Shown here piece after piece: positions 60,159 to 64,000 of a DNA stretch of 64,000 nt. A program made the translations under genes and the position numbers. Position 1 is the first letter of the stretch, and every line of letters begins with the position of its first letter. The notes beneath the pieces are model-generated. The model was not told where the DNA came from and made no database searches. It saw only the letters and a list, made by a program, of their open reading frames with translations. This DNA is from Vampirovibrionaceae bacterium NZW_1234 (GTDB lineage Bacteria > Cyanobacteriota > Vampirovibrionia > Vampirovibrionales > JAGQHJ01): NCBI GenBank assembly GCA_041697335.1, contig JBGUGD010000030.1, positions 32,001-96,000 of the forward strand, read 5' to 3'.

Positions 60159-60362
60159 ATGGCATGCATATTTACGCCTTATGCCGGGGTATTGTCTAAG
60201 CAAAAATCTTTGGCGTGGATTCTAACCTTGGACGACGAGGGGGAGTCCGAAAATGCCTCGCGAGCGATTGAACGCTTGTCCCATCTGGGTTTGTCTCCCT
60301 ATTGGGATAAGAATGGGTTGGATCTGGATGAATGGCAAACCGATCCGGAAGTGGACGATTGA
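60159..60362 (+). CDS. Small acidic hypothetical protein
   Basis: GAGG RBS before ATG 60159; 67 aa. Confidence 0.55.
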   Translation: MACIFTPYAGVLSKQKSLAWILTLDDEGESENASRAIERLSHLGLSPYWDKNGLDLDEWQTDPEVDD

Positions 60363-60495
60363 TTTGCTTGTCGAGTGATTATTCAGAGCAATAGCCTTTA
60401 GAATGGCTCCGAGACTAAATTGTCAGGGGCCATTTGGTTTTTAGCCAGCGATTAAGCGAGTTGCAGCCTCGATCGATTTTTACGTGTCTTCATTC

Positions 60496-60524
60496 TTGAC
60501 CCGGCATTTCACTTCAAGTATAAG
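60496..60524 (+). promoter_or_regulatory. Sigma70-type promoter upstream of tRNA-Val
   Basis: TTGACC-N17-TATAAG. Confidence 0.65.
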
Positions 60525-60576
60525 TAAGGGGCAGGTGTATTCACCGTCCATTATTTCACCCTGGCCACATTGATGT

Positions 60577-60652
60577 GGGCGCTTAGCTCAGTTGGTAGAG
60601 CGCCTCCCTTACAAGGAGGATGTCGGGAGTTCGAGCCTCTCAGCGCCCACCA
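60577..60652 (+). tRNA. tRNA-Val (anticodon TAC)
   Basis: GGGCGCT/AGCGCCC acceptor, CCTCC-CTTACAA-GGAGG anticodon arm, encoded CCA. Confidence 0.97.
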
Positions 60653-60852
60653 TTTTTCAGGCAATTCTTTGTCTATCGATTTCGAGTTCTAAGGGGATTG
60701 AGTGCATAATTGCTTAATTCATTGGCCTGAGAATACTCGCTTACTGCCGAAAGCTTTATGAAACCGGTGATTATCTCCTGTGAATAGAGGGTGTCGGCTA
60801 TTTGCGCTATCGATACAATACAAGATCGATGGGTCATTGTAATGAGTACTTC

Positions 60853-61923
60853 ATGTTATTTCCAGTTATTCTTTCTGGTGGAATAGGTAGCCGTTTGTGG
60901 CCCTTATCACAGCCTCAACTGCCCAAGCAATTTTTGCCCTTGAACGGACAGCATAGTATCCTGCAGGAAACGGTGTTACGTTTAAAGGATTTTCAGGATA
61001 TTGCACCTATCACCTATGTTTGCAATCAAACTCACCAGTTGCTCATTCAATCGCAATTAGAGCAGATTGACGCTCAGCCCCATATCATTATTATTGAGCC
61101 TGAAGCCAAAAATACGGCTCCGGCCATAGCCAGCGCCGCATTTTATCTTGAGCATGTTCCTGATGATCCGTTAATGATGGTATTGCCTTCGGATCACATC
61201 ATTCAGGATAAAGACGCTTTTTACCGCTACATTCAGCAAGGAGCAGACCTGGCTCGGGAAGGTTATCTTGTTTCCCTTGGCATCACTCCGGATCGGCCCC
61301 ATACGGGCTATGGGTATATTCGGCCTGGCCAAGAAATTGCCGGGTTTGAAGACGCATTCATGGTGGATCGATTTGTTGAAAAACCTGACTTGGCCACCGC
61401 AACCTCTTATGTGCAAGAGGGCAGATATCTTTGGAACAGCGGTATTTTGATCTTTCGGCCGAGTGTATTTTTGGAGGAACTCAAGCACTTTGCACCAGGG
61501 ATCTTTACGGCGTGCCAGCAAGCGGTTCAGCATTCAAAGCAACGGCCTTACCAGCATATTCTGGATCCAGCTGCCTTTTCTGCCTGTCCTTCAGGTCCCG
61601 TGGATGTTGAGATTATGGAGAAAACAAAGCGCGCTGCTGTTATCCAGGTGAACATGGGCTGGTGTGATGTGGGATCCTGGAGTTCGTTGTGGGAAATCAG
61701 TCCCAAGGATCAACAAGGCAATGTGGCTAACCGTAAAGTCTTTTTTAAGAATGCTGAAAATTGTTATGTTAACGCTGAAAAGGAATTGGTGGTTGTGATG
61801 GGAGTGAATGACCTGATTATCATTGATACTGGAAACGCGCTTCTCATTGCGCATAAGGAAAACGAAGCCGATATTCGTGAAATGTCCAAGGTTGTCCAAA
61901 AGACCTCGATCTCACAGGAATAA
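60853..61923 (+). CDS. manC: Mannose-1-phosphate guanylyltransferase (no C-terminal cupin/PMI domain)
   Basis: PVILSGG.GSRLWPLS, PKQFL, NTAPAI, PSDH, FVEKP, WNSG, W.DVGSW. Confidence 0.93.
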   Translation: MLFPVILSGGIGSRLWPLSQPQLPKQFLPLNGQHSILQETVLRLKDFQDIAPITYVCNQTHQLLIQSQLEQIDAQPHIIIIEPEAKNTAPAIASAAFYLEHVPDDPLMMVLPSDHIIQDKDAFYRYIQQGADLAREGYLVSLGITPDRPHTGYGYIRPGQEIAGFEDAFMVDRFVEKPDLATATSYVQEGRYLWNSGILIFRPSVFLEELKHFAPGIFTACQQAVQHSKQRPYQHILDPAAFSACPSGPVDVEIMEKTKRAAVIQVNMGWCDVGSWSSLWEISPKDQQGNVANRKVFFKNAENCYVNAEKELVVVMGVNDLIIIDTGNALLIAHKENEADIREMSKVVQKTSISQE

Positions 61924-62109
61924 CCCGCGAACTTTTTTGGATCTGTGCTTCTCACTTTGTCTGATTACAGTGCTTTGTATCGAAATACTTCTCTATGTCG
62001 CGGGTAAATAACAGTCACTTTACTTACAGGAAAAATCCATTGTCCATATGAGGTTGTCGAGTTTAAAAATTAGGACAATACGGGTACATCAGCATAGCTA
62101 TGAATTGCA

Positions 62110-62922
62110 ATGAGCTCACTACCGAAAATCTCTATTGTAGTGCCTTCCTATAATCAAGGCGAGTTTCTGGAAGAGACTCTGCAAAGTATTTTCACCCAAA
62201 ATTACCCTAATATCGAGTTAATTATTATGGATGGTGGGTCAACGGACAATTCGGTGGAAATTATTCGGAAATATGAACATGCTATTGCGTCCTGGGTTTC
62301 CAAGCCTGACAAAGGGCAAACCGATGCTTTAATTCAGGGTTTTAAAATTGCAACTGGTGATATTCATTGTTGGTTGAATGCTGACGATCTGTGGGAACCC
62401 AATACACTGTTTGAAGTTGCAGAGTTCTTTCAAAAACATTCCAAGTATGACGCTGTCTTTGGCAATGCGCTTATGGTGGATAAACACAACCGGCTCATTT
62501 CAACTCGAATTGAGCATCCCTTTTGCAGGTTTATCAGCATCTACTTAGGGGCAAATATCCTAAGTCCTGCCATGTTCTGGCGTCCAGAAATTTATACCCG
62601 TGTTGGTGGTTTAAATCCAGATTATAAAATTAGCCTTGATACTGATCTCTGGCTTCGCTTTGCGAATGCGGGTGGGCGAATAGGCCATGTGAAATCAATT
62701 TGGGCTCGGTGTCGTGTACATAAAAATACGAAATCGAGTCGCCTTGGCAAAATGTCAAAAGAATGGGACGAAATTTGCGAGCGCAACCAGCATAAAAATA
62801 AACTCGTTCGATTTTTCTGTAAGGTAATTGCCAGAATTATGCGCGTCATTTGGAAAACACTTGTTGGGGGATATGGGAAAGGATATCGGTATCTCGATTA
62901 TGACTACCAGCTCGATGATTAA
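62110..62922 (+). CDS. Glycosyltransferase family 2
   Basis: ISIVVPSYN, DGGSTDNS, WLNADD. Confidence 0.93.
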   Translation: MSSLPKISIVVPSYNQGEFLEETLQSIFTQNYPNIELIIMDGGSTDNSVEIIRKYEHAIASWVSKPDKGQTDALIQGFKIATGDIHCWLNADDLWEPNTLFEVAEFFQKHSKYDAVFGNALMVDKHNRLISTRIEHPFCRFISIYLGANILSPAMFWRPEIYTRVGGLNPDYKISLDTDLWLRFANAGGRIGHVKSIWARCRVHKNTKSSRLGKMSKEWDEICERNQHKNKLVRFFCKVIARIMRVIWKTLVGGYGKGYRYLDYDYQLDD

Positions 62923-64000
62923 TACCCCAAGAGCACAATTCTCCAGCCGCTCTATTACCTCTTTCTTTACCGCGGAGCGTCTTGTCTTTATTGTCGCCTT
63001 TTTACAAGGCGGTTACAATGTTTTGCTCTTTTTATTTTTACGACATCATGCTGACTCCATCCGAGGAAGCCTCCACATTTTGGTTGATATTATCCTATTG
63101 GCGTTGACGTTACTCCTGTATAAGCAGAAATACACGCGCTTTGATCTGCAATCACGATTTAGACAATGTCCCCTTGAGCTCAAAGTTCTATTTTTCTATA
63201 TTCTTTGGTCATTAATGACTTTTTTATGGAATAAAGGCGGGAATGTTTATATGGAGACTGGGGTTTCCGACAAGCTACGATTCTTTTTTATGGTAGTCGA
63301 AGTTGCAATTCAAACCATAACTGTTTTCCTTTTGATGTATTTGCTCGATATCAAAAATGCCGTTGTGAAATTTTTTCAAGGGTTGAGCTTGAGTGCGATT
63401 TCGATGTGCTTAACTATTTTGGTATTCCGTGATCAATTTGGGGATAGATTGGGCGATTTAGAACACCGAACGATTGCAGCCACAGAAGTCTCTACTTTGA
63501 CGGCTTATGTACTTTTGGTTACTGTGTGGTTGTTTATCCATGTGGGTAAAACATACAAGCAAAAACTATTTTATGGGTTTGCTATTTTATTAGAATTCTA
63601 CAGTTTGTTTTCCGGGCTGGGTAAAACAGCATTAATTTCGGGTTCTCTGTTTACCCTTATTTATATTCTCCTAACGAAGCGTATTTCTTTTAAAGCAAAG
63701 CTTTTTAGTTTTGCTGGTTTACTTGCTGTTTTTGGTGCAGTACAAGATCGTGTTTTTACGTACTTTACTCAGTACGCACTGGAGATGGAGAGAATTGGAG
63801 AGAGTGTGACGGGACTTTCTGGGCGCACAGAGTACTGGAAAGACATGCTAGAGCGCATACCTCACAACTTGCTCTGGGGTCATGGGCTTAATTTAGAGGT
63901 GGGCGGTCATAATGAAATTTTAGGTGTTTTATATTCATATGGCTTGATAGGACTGCTCTTAATGTTATGGATAACATGGATTTATGTTCAAAGGTGCTTA
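62900..64000 (+). CDS. O-antigen ligase/Wzy-like polytopic membrane protein (truncated by window end)
   Basis: Translated by hand from ATG 62900 (MTTSSMINTPR...); many hydrophobic segments; near the end LSGRTEYW...LWGHG...GHNEIL..L..YGLIG. Absent from the ORF track, presumably because no stop lies inside the window. Confidence 0.8.
   Translation, partial: MTTSSMINTPRAQFSSRSITSFFTAERLVFIVAFLQGGYNVLLFLFLRHHADSIRGSLHILVDIILLALTLLLYKQKYTRFDLQSRFRQCPLELKVLFFYILWSLMTFLWNKGGNVYMETGVSDKLRFFFMVVEVAIQTITVFLLMYLLDIKNAVVKFFQGLSLSAISMCLTILVFRDQFGDRLGDLEHRTIAATEVSTLTAYVLLVTVWLFIHVGKTYKQKLFYGFAILLEFYSLFSGLGKTALISGSLFTLIYILLTKRISFKAKLFSFAGLLAVFGAVQDRVFTYFTQYALEMERIGESVTGLSGRTEYWKDMLERIPHNLLWGHGLNLEVGGHNEILGVLYSYGLIGLLLMLWITWIYVQRCL

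Noticed and set aside
1..64000. CRISPR array or Cas system (the nuclease at 24167-24982 is Cas4-like)
   Set aside because: No regularly spaced direct repeats and no cas1/cas2 seen; the nuclease is coupled to a UvrD-type helicase instead.

Overview
64 kb of gene-dense bacterial chromosome at roughly 50% GC (judged by eye). It is most likely from a non-photosynthetic cyanobacterial relative (Vampirovibrionia/Melainabacteria-like). This placement is inference from the cyanobacteria-like housekeeping proteins, the absence of photosynthesis genes and the presence of ETF, PilT and a YvyF-like flagellar-region gene. Core content: a partial dcw cluster (murF-mraY-murD-ftsW-murG), murI, an AMIN amidase, pilT, serS, tatD, metG, mtaB, nth, aroC, rpmB, cdaA, etfBA, sufBCDSU, three tRNAs (Gln, Asp, Val), and the start of an AT-rich polysaccharide locus (manC, GT2, Wzy/O-antigen ligase-like, truncated by the window edge). 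The most unusual content is: (1) a mirror-image four-gene cluster (31586-36761) of two divergent, translationally coupled pairs of basic membrane proteins from two related families; (2) a shared Pro/Ser/Thr-rich N-terminal leader ending in [R/Q]-F-x(0-1)-G on those four proteins and on a giant GH13 enzyme, a candidate export or targeting signal; (3) a single-chain tandem malic enzyme whose halves have complementary degenerate catalytic motifs; (4) a fused double-UvrD helicase coupled to a separate Fe-S PD-(D/E)XK nuclease; (5) two long palindromes sharing TTTC...CAATTTG...GAAAT; and (6) an almost uncharged P-[YFW]-G repeat protein. No CRISPR array, rRNA, integrase or transposase was seen. All calls come from reading motifs by eye; no database search was run.
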